This document shows, in pieces, positions 37,964 to 46,044 of a stretch of 64,000 nt of DNA. How positions within the stretch are numbered: the first letter of the stretch is position 1; each line of letters starts with the position of its first letter. The DNA lies in contig JBDRGY010000001.1 in assembly GCA_043817315.1 (NCBI GenBank), forward strand, positions 78,702 through 142,701, in the 5' to 3' direction. This DNA comes from Patescibacteria group bacterium. GTDB taxonomy: Bacteria > Patescibacteriota > Patescibacteriia > JBDRGY01. Both the position numbers and the translations under genes were made by a program. The notes below the pieces were generated by a model that made no database searches, was not told the DNA's origin, and saw nothing but the letters and a program-made list of their open reading frames with translations.

Positions 37964-40900
37964 ATGAAAGAACAACAAGTTAAAATCAGAACAAAGGAGG
38001 CGATTGGGCTAGCCAGCCGGATAGAGCTTTATATCGGAATCATCGCTGCTTCCACAGTGACCATTGTGGTGATCGTGATGACGCTGGCTCCACAATTTAT
38101 TATACCTACTATCCAGCTGCCTGGAATTTTGCTGTGGGACGAAACCAATTCGGTCATTTTAACCTGGACCGCTCCTGGTGATGACCTCAACATTGGTACG
38201 GCCACTTCTTATGACATTCGCTATGCCACTAGTCCAATCACCGAAGCCAATTGGAGCAGTGCTATCGAAGTAGTTGGTGAGCCCGATCCCCAAGCGGCCG
38301 GCACCGAGGAATCTTTCCAGGTTACTGATTTAACTCACAATACCAGTTACTACTTTGCGCTAAAAGCGGTAGATGAGGCTGGTAACTGGTCCGAGCTTTC
38401 TAATATTGCCACCAAGACGACTCTTTGTGAAGAATCATGGTCCTGTACCAGCTGGTCAGATTGTTCTGATGGCTACCGCACCAGAGAATGCACTGATATG
38501 AATGATTGTGGGACCTATGTTGATCAACCCGATATGAGCCAAATCTGTGTCTGTAATGACGGAGATGGAGACGGTTACGGTAATTGCCCAGAATGCGGTA
38601 GAGACTATAATTGTATTTTTGAAGGAGATGATTGTAACGATAATAACGGCAATGTCTGGCAATACCTAAACGGCTATCCCGATGCTGACAGCGACAATTA
38701 TGATTCTGAGATTTCGGAACAGATATGTTCCGGTGATAACCTGCCCGGCGGCTACACCTATCTAGAGGGCGATGACTGTAATGACAGTAATCCCAATATT
38801 AATCCGGGCATAGCCGATATCTGTGAAGACGGGGTTGATAGCGATTGCTCCGGAGCTGATGCTGAATGTGCCTTATGTCAAAATGGACAAATAGTACCGG
38901 CCGGTTGTCAGTGCGGTGGAAGTAATTATTATGAAGGTCATTGTTGTGATGACGTTTGGCAGACCGAACCTTGTCTCACTGTAGAATGCTCTGATGGTGA
39001 CGGGGATGGATATGGTGTCTGTCCTGAATGTGGCACTGACTATAATTGTGACTACGAAGGTGATGACTGTGACGATACCAATCAAAACGTAAACCCGGGC
39101 ACTACGGAATCGTGTGCCAATGAAATCGATGATGATTGTGATGAGCTTGTCGATTGTAACGATGGAATTGATTGTTCAGGTAATGCAGCCTGCATCTGTG
39201 AAGAAGATTGGTCCTGTACCGATTGGACGGCCTGCAGCAACGGATATCAGACCAGGGAATGCGTTGATCTCAATCAATGTGGCACTTATACCAATCAGCC
39301 AGATCTGACTCTTGAGTGTCAGTGTACAGACGTTGATCAGGACGGTTACGGAATCTGTCCGGAATGTGGCCTTGACTACGGCTGTGACTACCAAGGAGAA
39401 GATTGTGATGATTATAACAACAGCGTTTGGCAATATCTGAACGGCTATCCTGATGCCGATAGTGACAACTACGATTCCGAAATTCCAGAACAACTTTGCA
39501 CCGGCGATAACCTGCCCAGTGGCTACACCGGTACAGTAGGTGATGACTGCAATGATGATAACCCCCAAATCAATCCGGGCTTAGCTGATATTTGTGAGGA
39601 CGGCATTGATAATAATTGCTCCGGAGAAGACACTAACTGTGCCTTATGCGAAAGTGGTCAAATATCATCGACGGGTTGTCAATGCGGCGGGACCAATTAT
39701 TACCAAGGTCATTGTTGTGATAATGTCTGGCAGTCTGGACCTTGTCCTAATATAGTATGTTCTGATGTTGATCAAGACGGCTATGGTACCTGTCCGGAGT
39801 GCGGAACAGATTATAACTGTGATTATGATGGAGACGATTGTAATGATTCCAATCAAGCGGTAAATCCGGGGGCTACCGAAGCTTGTACTAATGACATTGA
39901 TGATGATTGTGATAACTTAATAGACTGTAATGACGAAATTGATTGTAATCAAGACCCAATCTGTATAGATAATAACGGTTGTGAAGAAGAATGGTATTGC
40001 TCGGATTGGACAGCCTGTCAACAAGGACAGCAATCCCGTGTCTGTCTTGATCTCAATCAATGTGGCACTATCGCTGAGAAGCCGCTTGAATTACAATCAT
40101 GTGTTTGTAACGAAGCTTGGTCCTGCACTGAATGGTCAGTTTGTGTTAAAGGAAAAAAGTCACGAGTCTGTGCCGATTTGAACAGTTGTGGCACTGACAC
40201 CAATCAACCGGACGAAAGCCAGAATTGTCAGGTTCCCGGTGAACCAACCGAGCCCACAGAACCAACCGAGCCCACAGAACCAACCGAACCGACAACTCCC
40301 TGTGAAGAAGGCTGGGAGTGCACTGATTGGTCTGCTGAATGTATCGATAGCCTGCAGACCAGGACCTGCACTGACACCAATAGTTGTGGTACAGAAACAT
40401 ACAAGCCAGGGGAGAGCCGCGAATGTGATGTTGTTGGTGGACCCGAAGACTTACCGGATATTGAGTGGAAAGAGACTTTCATCATAACGGCTACCAACGA
40501 AGGAGTCAGCCCTCAGATTCGAATCTTTAATAGAGATGGTAAGCTCCAGAGCGAGTTCTACGCTTTTGAAGAAAGCCACATTGGCGGCATCAACGTTGCT
40601 GCTACCGATTTGGGTGGTGACGGAATATCGGAGATTGTGGTAGGAGCCGGAGAAGGTTATTATCCTGTCGTCAGAATTTTCGATGCTCACGGTTATTTAA
40701 TAAACAGCTTCCTAGCCTACGATGAAGGATTTCGTGGAGGAGTGTCTGTGGCAGCCGGTGATCTGGACGGTGACGGCATAGCCGAGATTGTTACTGCCCC
40801 CTATTCCAACGGGGGTTCCAATATTCGTATCTTTGGCTACCGTGATGGAGTTTATCGACCGGTTATCGAGAACTTCTTTGCCTATACGGTCCATTACCGC

Positions 40901-41422
40901 AACGGCATATCTCTAGCTGTCTGCGATTTGGATAATAGCGGTCAGTCAGAGATAATTACTGTGCCCAGGAAGAATGCTACTTCTCATATGAGAATATTCG
41001 GTTATCGTAATGGTGTCTACCGTCCAGTAATTCTTGGTTTGATGGCTTATAATGTTAACTTCAAAGGAGGAGTTAACGTAGGTTGCGGTGATACCAATAT
41101 TAACGGAAAAGATGAGATAATTTCCGGACCAGCCCACTGGGGCAGCCCTCATGTTAGAATATTAGGACACAGTTCTAAGTTGCGAACCATTGGATTGTTA
41201 AGTTCCGGGTTCTGGGCCTTTAATACCGATTTCCGTGGTGGTATCTACACAGCAACCGGTGATTTTGACTATAACTATAGCCAAGAGATTGTAGTTTCGG
41301 TGGCCAGCGGAGACAGGTCCTTAATTAGAATCTACTATCCTGACGGCAACTTGATGACAGAGTTCGTAGCTTACCCCGATGATTATCAAAACGGAGTTAG
41401 TATTGCCACTGGGCAGTTCTAG
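37964..41422 (+). CDS. Membrane-anchored FN3 + long Cys-rich (TSP1-like/MopE-like) stalk + FG-GAP propeller ('scaffold 2')
   Basis: Start at ATG 37964 (MKEQQ); paralog of 22150 with an expanded stalk; LTWTAPGDD..YDIRY..YYFALKAVDEAGNWS. Confidence 0.75.
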   Translation: MKEQQVKIRTKEAIGLASRIELYIGIIAASTVTIVVIVMTLAPQFIIPTIQLPGILLWDETNSVILTWTAPGDDLNIGTATSYDIRYATSPITEANWSSAIEVVGEPDPQAAGTEESFQVTDLTHNTSYYFALKAVDEAGNWSELSNIATKTTLCEESWSCTSWSDCSDGYRTRECTDMNDCGTYVDQPDMSQICVCNDGDGDGYGNCPECGRDYNCIFEGDDCNDNNGNVWQYLNGYPDADSDNYDSEISEQICSGDNLPGGYTYLEGDDCNDSNPNINPGIADICEDGVDSDCSGADAECALCQNGQIVPAGCQCGGSNYYEGHCCDDVWQTEPCLTVECSDGDGDGYGVCPECGTDYNCDYEGDDCDDTNQNVNPGTTESCANEIDDDCDELVDCNDGIDCSGNAACICEEDWSCTDWTACSNGYQTRECVDLNQCGTYTNQPDLTLECQCTDVDQDGYGICPECGLDYGCDYQGEDCDDYNNSVWQYLNGYPDADSDNYDSEIPEQLCTGDNLPSGYTGTVGDDCNDDNPQINPGLADICEDGIDNNCSGEDTNCALCESGQISSTGCQCGGTNYYQGHCCDNVWQSGPCPNIVCSDVDQDGYGTCPECGTDYNCDYDGDDCNDSNQAVNPGATEACTNDIDDDCDNLIDCNDEIDCNQDPICIDNNGCEEEWYCSDWTACQQGQQSRVCLDLNQCGTIAEKPLELQSCVCNEAWSCTEWSVCVKGKKSRVCADLNSCGTDTNQPDESQNCQVPGEPTEPTEPTEPTEPTEPTTPCEEGWECTDWSAECIDSLQTRTCTDTNSCGTETYKPGESRECDVVGGPEDLPDIEWKETFIITATNEGVSPQIRIFNRDGKLQSEFYAFEESHIGGINVAATDLGGDGISEIVVGAGEGYYPVVRIFDAHGYLINSFLAYDEGFRGGVSVAAGDLDGDGIAEIVTAPYSNGGSNIRIFGYRDGVYRPVIENFFAYTVHYRNGISLAVCDLDNSGQSEIITVPRKNATSHMRIFGYRNGVYRPVILGLMAYNVNFKGGVNVGCGDTNINGKDEIISGPAHWGSPHVRILGHSSKLRTIGLLSSGFWAFNTDFRGGIYTATGDFDYNYSQEIVVSVASGDRSLIRIYYPDGNLMTEFVAYPDDYQNGVSIATGQF
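40241..40294 (+). repeat. 18-bp tandem repeat x3 encoding an (EPT)n linker
   Basis: gaaccaaccgagcccaca twice plus a degenerate third copy. Confidence 0.85.
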
Positions 41423-41448
41423 ATAGTAAAAATCAAATAGTCTGCTAT

Positions 41449-41480
41449 AATGGGGAGGTATGTTAGACCTCCCCATTTTT
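41449..41480 (+). terminator. 11-bp hairpin with T-tail enclosing the next start codon
   Basis: aatggggaggt-atgttag-acctccccatt-ttt. Confidence 0.5.
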
Positions 41481-41993
41481 ATTATTCTCTTTTTGGCCAT
41501 CATCACTGTGTTTGGTACAGCCGCCTGGGCCGGACTTTTGGCGGCTCCTTTCGTGCCTACCAAGAAAAAGGACATTAAGCGGATGCTTACTCTGGCTCAG
41601 GTAAAGGCCAGTGACCAGATTTACGAACTGGGATCAGGAGACGGCCGGATCGCCCAGGTGGCTGCTAAAGAGTTTGGAGCTCGGGTCCAGGGAATTGAGA
41701 TATCCTTTCTGCCGTATATAATTTCTAAAATCAGGATGAGACTGACCGGATTGTCCGACCGAGTAAAGATTGCTTACGGAAATTTTTATAAAGTTGATCT
41801 GAAAAATGCCGATGTGGTCATTTGTTTTCTGACTCCAATGGCCATGAAGAAACTGAGCCCCAAATTTAGGAAAGAGCTTAAGCAAGGAGCCCGGGTAGTT
41901 TCCTACGCCTTTCCCCTAAAAGATTGGTCACCGCAAAAAGTAAATAAACCCCACAAAGGGGATGTAGCAGTCTTTCTGTACGGAATTGACTGA
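41460..41993 (+). CDS. Class I SAM-dependent methyltransferase with N-terminal TM (FAM173/aKMT-like)
   Basis: APFVPT, YELGSGDGR motif I, GIEI, ADVVICFL, GARVVS. Confidence 0.8.
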   Translation: MLDLPIFIILFLAIITVFGTAAWAGLLAAPFVPTKKKDIKRMLTLAQVKASDQIYELGSGDGRIAQVAAKEFGARVQGIEISFLPYIISKIRMRLTGLSDRVKIAYGNFYKVDLKNADVVICFLTPMAMKKLSPKFRKELKQGARVVSYAFPLKDWSPQKVNKPHKGDVAVFLYGID

Positions 41994-42014
41994 TTGGTGA
42001 CCCTTTGCTACATT
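41986..42014 (+). promoter_or_regulatory. sigma70 promoter
   Basis: TTGACT-17bp-TACATT with extended-10 TG. Confidence 0.5.
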
Positions 42015-42117
42015 AAAGGTGCCAAAAATAGAAAAAGTCAAACAAAAAGACCTAAAGTAAAAACAGAAGAAAACATCAAAAGAGGCATAAAAAACTAAAT
42101 AAAAAGGAAATAAATAT

Positions 42118-42690
42118 ATGAAAGAAACAAAAATGATCGACCAAAATAAAATGGCCATGATAAAACAAATGATTGAGAGCGCTGCAGCTAGTCTGCAATC
42201 AGCCAAACAAATGGTGATTGAGTTAGCTGGCGGCGATCCTGCCCTGGATCACTCACAAAAAGCAAAAGAAGTCGGTTCCAGCGATGAATCAGAGTCTGGC
42301 CGAGTTATCGAAGGAGTCTTTGACGGGCAAAACATGATTGGCCCCGAAGGCAAACAATATAGTGTGCCAGCCAATTACTCATCCAAGTCTAAATTAGTTG
42401 AGGGAGACACTCTTAAGCTGACCATCACTTCTGATGGGTCATTTATTTATAAGCAGATCGGTCCGGTGGAGCGCAGAAGGATGGTTGGTGCCTTAATCAA
42501 GGATGATAAAACAGGTGAATTTCATGTTTTGGCGGGCGGTAAAGCTTACAGTGTGCTGTTGGCGTCAGTAACTTACTTTAAGGGTGACCCCGATGACGAA
42601 GCAGTGATTCTAGTCCCCAAAGAGGAAGAAAGTACCTGGGCAGCTGTAGAAAACGTTGTTAAGAAAAAATATCAAGAAACAGATAGCTAA
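42118..42690 (+). CDS. CPR-type conserved hypothetical protein
   Basis: IEGVFDGQNM..YSVPANYSSKSKLVEGD.LKLTI..DGSFIYKQIGP motif, which I recall from Patescibacteria proteins. Confidence 0.75.
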   Translation: MKETKMIDQNKMAMIKQMIESAAASLQSAKQMVIELAGGDPALDHSQKAKEVGSSDESESGRVIEGVFDGQNMIGPEGKQYSVPANYSSKSKLVEGDTLKLTITSDGSFIYKQIGPVERRRMVGALIKDDKTGEFHVLAGGKAYSVLLASVTYFKGDPDDEAVILVPKEEESTWAAVENVVKKKYQETDS

Positions 42691-42720
42691 AAAATTCATA
42701 TAGTATATATCAACCGAAAA

Positions 42721-44256
42721 ATGGCCCTGGCTTTGTATAGAAAATATAGACCACAGACCTTTTCCGAGATGGTTGGTCAAAATCACATCAAGGTAACTCT
42801 GCTAAATGAGATAGAAGCGAATAGAGTGGCCCACGCTTATTTATTTACAGGACCGAGGGGTATCGGAAAAACCACAACCGCTCGTCTTTTGGCCAAGGCC
42901 GTAAATTGTCACCATCCCAAAAAAGGAGAACCTTGTGATAATTGTGACTTCTGCCGAGAAATTAAAGAAGCTCACTCTATTGATCTGATTGAGATTGATG
43001 CTGCCTCCCATACCGGAGTAGACAACGTGCGGGAAAATATTATAGAGAATGCCCGCTTTGCTCCGTCCCGGTCAAAATTTAAAGTGTTTATTATCGACGA
43101 AGTACACATGCTTTCGATATCTGCCTTTAATGCCTTACTTAAGATTATTGAGGAACCGCCTGAGCATGTGATATTTATTTTAGCTACCACTGAGGTGCAT
43201 AAGGTGCCAGAAACTATTATCTCCCGATGTCAGCGTTTCGATTTCAAAAAAATCAACTACATAGATATTGTAAACCGACTTAACTGGATAATTGAGCAGG
43301 AGAAAATCAAAGTTGATAAGTCCATTTTAGAAATTATCGCTCGTCGGGCTGATGGTAGTATCCGTGACGGAGAAAGTATTTTGGGCCAAGTGTTAGCCCT
43401 GGACGAAAAAGAGATTAATTATGACCAAGCAATGTTGATCCTGCCTCGTTCCGATATCCAATTGGTGTTTCAATTGGTCCAGCATCTTGTCAAAAAAGAT
43501 GCCAGTGCCGGCATTGGCTTGGTTAACAAATTATTAGAGGAGGGAGTAAATCTAGTCCAGTTTAATTACGAGTTAATAGAATTTTTAAGAAAACTGATAT
43601 TGATTAAAGTAGTGGGAAGTCTAGACACCTTTTCCGCCCTGGAGTTCGACAAGGACACTGAAAAAGAGATTCTGGAAATAAGTCAATCAGCCGATCTGGA
43701 TCTGCTAATGACCATGATTAAGAAATTCATCGGGATTGAGCGGGATCTAAAAACAGCTACAGATTTACCCCAGTTACCTTTGGAATTGGTAGTAGTGGAA
43801 CTATGCCAAGAAGAGGGGAGAGATAATGACGATACTAGTCCACCTCAACCAGAACAGGTAAAATCTACTGCCAAGCCGCCAAAGGAAAAAAGTAAACCAG
43901 CCAAAAAAGCCGATCCCAAAGCTATCCTGCCCCAAAAACAAGCAGAAAAATTTTGGAATAAAACCATTAAAGAATTATCAAAAGAAAACCATTCTCTAGC
44001 CCTGATGTTAAGAACTGGTTTTCTGGCGGATATGGAAGGTAATCAGATTATGATAGGCGTTTCTTATCAGATACATTTTGATCATTTGAAGAGACCTAAG
44101 AACCTGGAGCTTATCGAAAATACCTATAGGAAAATATCTGGTCAGCCCACAAAGATTAAGATTGTATTATCAGAAAAAAGAGAAACTAAAGAAGAGGAAA
44201 AGACAAATTCATTTGATTCTGTTTTACAGACTTTTGGAGGTAAAGTAGTTAATTAA
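42721..44256 (+). CDS. dnaX: DNA polymerase III subunit gamma/tau
   Basis: LYRKYRPQTF, GPRGIGKTT, EIDAAS, IIDEVHML, SRC motif. Confidence 0.95.
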   Translation: MALALYRKYRPQTFSEMVGQNHIKVTLLNEIEANRVAHAYLFTGPRGIGKTTTARLLAKAVNCHHPKKGEPCDNCDFCREIKEAHSIDLIEIDAASHTGVDNVRENIIENARFAPSRSKFKVFIIDEVHMLSISAFNALLKIIEEPPEHVIFILATTEVHKVPETIISRCQRFDFKKINYIDIVNRLNWIIEQEKIKVDKSILEIIARRADGSIRDGESILGQVLALDEKEINYDQAMLILPRSDIQLVFQLVQHLVKKDASAGIGLVNKLLEEGVNLVQFNYELIEFLRKLILIKVVGSLDTFSALEFDKDTEKEILEISQSADLDLLMTMIKKFIGIERDLKTATDLPQLPLELVVVELCQEEGRDNDDTSPPQPEQVKSTAKPPKEKSKPAKKADPKAILPQKQAEKFWNKTIKELSKENHSLALMLRTGFLADMEGNQIMIGVSYQIHFDHLKRPKNLELIENTYRKISGQPTKIKIVLSEKRETKEEEKTNSFDSVLQTFGGKVVN

Positions 44257-44273
44257 TCATTGTTCCGGGGTCG

Positions 44274-44293
44274 CCTGCCTACCGGTAGGCAGG
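44274..44293. repeat. 20-bp perfect palindrome (REP-like element)
   Basis: cctgcctacc|ggtaggcagg, followed by an extra gcaggcagg half-site. Confidence 0.7.
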
Positions 44294-44333
44294 GCAGGCA
44301 GGTCTGATTGGCAATGGAACACCGGCGCAAAGC

Positions 44334-44405
44334 TCCGGGATCGTCTAATTGGTAGGACACCAGATTCTGGCTCTGGCAATCTAGGTTCGAGACCTAGTCC
44401 CGGAG
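44334..44405 (+). tRNA. tRNA-Gln(CTG), CCA not encoded
   Basis: Acceptor TCCGGGA/TCCCGGA, D-arm GTCT-AATTGGT-AGGAC, anticodon arm CCAGA-TTCTGGC-TCTGG, T-arm CTAGG-TTCGAGA-CCTAG, discriminator G. Confidence 0.93.
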
Positions 44406-44421
44406 CTTTGCGCCGGAGCAT

Positions 44422-44451
44422 CTCCGGGGGAAACCCTGCCCCGGAGTTTTT
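44422..44451 (+). terminator. Intrinsic terminator after tRNA-Gln
   Basis: ctccgggg / ccccggag stem followed by TTTTT. Confidence 0.75.
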
Positions 44452-44461
44452 AGTTAGAGAG

Positions 44462-44490
44462 TTTACCAAACCTTCTCTATTTGCTATAAT
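44462..44490 (+). promoter_or_regulatory. sigma70 promoter, leaderless second corA
   Basis: TTTACC-17bp-TATAAT with extended-10 TG; ATG at 44498. Confidence 0.6.
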
Positions 44491-44497
44491 TTGTGAT

Positions 44498-45421
44498 ATG
44501 AGAATAGCTGAAGTTAAAAGTAAAAACCTGACTTGGATTAATATTAATGACCCGGATGAATCTGCGGCTGATTATCTGAAGAACTTAAAAAAGCGCTTTC
44601 ATCCGCTTAATATCCAAGACTCAATCGAAATTAACCAGACCCCCAAAATCGATACCTACCTTGGCTACACTTTTATTGTCTTACACTTCCCGGCTTATGA
44701 TTCTGAGGAGAAGACTATTTGCAATTACGAACTTAACATTTTTATCGGTAAAGGTTATTTAATTACAATTCCAGAAGCACGTATTGAGGCACTGGAAAAA
44801 TACTTTCAATATTTCAAAAAACGAGTGTCCAAGAAAGGAACAACTGGTTTCAAGGCTTCTTCCAGCTTTCTTTTGTATAAAGTCTTGGACAAGCTTTATC
44901 GAGATACTTTACCGTTGATTAATACCATGGCTAAAGATATAGATGAAATTGATAAGGATATTAGCCATGAAAATACAAAGAGGGCGGTCAGGGACCTGAT
45001 GGTTATCAGAAGAAATATTTTGCATCTCCGCCGGATTATTGAACCTCAAAAATTGATCATCAACACCCTGTCTAATCTTAAAATTAGTTATTTCCCCGAA
45101 GAAATATCGATTTACTATAAAGACATAAGAGATTATTTAAACAGGGTCTGGGCCAATATCCAAGGATTCAAGGATTTTGTTGAAGGGTTAAACGACACCA
45201 ATGAAGCTTTGATTTCCCACCGCACCAATGAGGTTATTAAAGCCCTAACCATAATCTCCGTTTGCTTATTACCATTAACCCTCCTTTCTGGGATTTATGG
45301 AATGAATATCGTCGGCCTGCCCTGGGCCGGTCATCGTTATGCCCTACATATAATATTGGGGATTATGGCGGTAATATTAATCGGCACCTTATGGTTTTTA
45401 AGAAGAAAAGATTGGCTTTAA
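44498..45421 (+). CDS. corA: Second CorA-family transporter
   Basis: PKIDTY, IYGMN signature, two C-terminal TMs; start reassigned to ATG 44498. Confidence 0.88.
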   Translation: MRIAEVKSKNLTWININDPDESAADYLKNLKKRFHPLNIQDSIEINQTPKIDTYLGYTFIVLHFPAYDSEEKTICNYELNIFIGKGYLITIPEARIEALEKYFQYFKKRVSKKGTTGFKASSSFLLYKVLDKLYRDTLPLINTMAKDIDEIDKDISHENTKRAVRDLMVIRRNILHLRRIIEPQKLIINTLSNLKISYFPEEISIYYKDIRDYLNRVWANIQGFKDFVEGLNDTNEALISHRTNEVIKALTIISVCLLPLTLLSGIYGMNIVGLPWAGHRYALHIILGIMAVILIGTLWFLRRKDWL

Positions 45422-45441
45422 AATAATTTACTCATATTCTT

Positions 45442-46038
45442 ATGGCAAAAAACAACACCAGTAAAAACAAGTCTAGTGGCAAGCCAGGTAAAAAAGAGAT
45501 TCATAACGCCATGTTTTATCAGAGCTCCCACTATTATTTGGCAATACTGACGGTTATTGCCCTGACTTTTATTATGATTGTTTATCTGGACGACATCAAG
45601 GAGACTAGCCAGCAATTAAATATTGTAGCTGAGGAGATTGCTCAAATTAATCTGAGTAGCGACTATCAAGAGGTTGTGGTGGATATTGTTGATGACTACT
45701 TTATGGAGCGTCAGAACTTGGATGCAAGCAGTTCAGTAACCGAGATAGTTTTGGGGCAACGATCGGATTTGATCGAGGAGGCACTTGATCAGTTGGTACT
45801 GCTAAAGGTGACAGAAGAGGACAAAGATTTCCACCTAAAGTTATTATTGGCCTTTAACCAGATTAAAGATTCAGAAAATACCTATAGCCAGTCAATTCAA
45901 TATAGTAACGGCCTGGCCGGAAAAACCATTGACTTGGAGATGGCTGACCAGCTACTTGCCTCTTCCAAGGAAAGCTATCAGGCAGCCACTGCTTCGGTCG
46001 ACCTGTTGCAGCAGCAAAATACCTGGTTTAGTTATTAG
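45442..46038 (+). CDS. Hypothetical single-pass membrane protein, helical
   Basis: One TM near the N-terminus; operon spacing. Confidence 0.65.
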   Translation: MAKNNTSKNKSSGKPGKKEIHNAMFYQSSHYYLAILTVIALTFIMIVYLDDIKETSQQLNIVAEEIAQINLSSDYQEVVVDIVDDYFMERQNLDASSSVTEIVLGQRSDLIEEALDQLVLLKVTEEDKDFHLKLLLAFNQIKDSENTYSQSIQYSNGLAGKTIDLEMADQLLASSKESYQAATASVDLLQQQNTWFSY

Positions 46039-46044
46039 AATCAA

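Noticed and set aside
15735-40430. Recurring Cys-rich repeats as a CRISPR array or DGR template/variable pair
   Set aside because: They are in-frame protein repeats without a repeat-spacer period. No cas or reverse transcriptase gene is present, and mismatches are not adenine-specific.
7848-41422. Integrative conjugative element or prophage
   Set aside because: No integrase, relaxase, VirB4/MPF, transposase, phage genes or att repeats were seen.
43880-43915. dnaX programmed -1 frameshift at A-runs
   Set aside because: The AAAAAAG runs are not in the A-AAA-AAG codon phase and no clear stimulatory hairpin follows.
44257-44497. ORF 44257..44469(-) and the 5' extension of corA from 44408
   Set aside because: They overlap the tRNA, its terminator and the promoter; the ATG at 44498 fits better.
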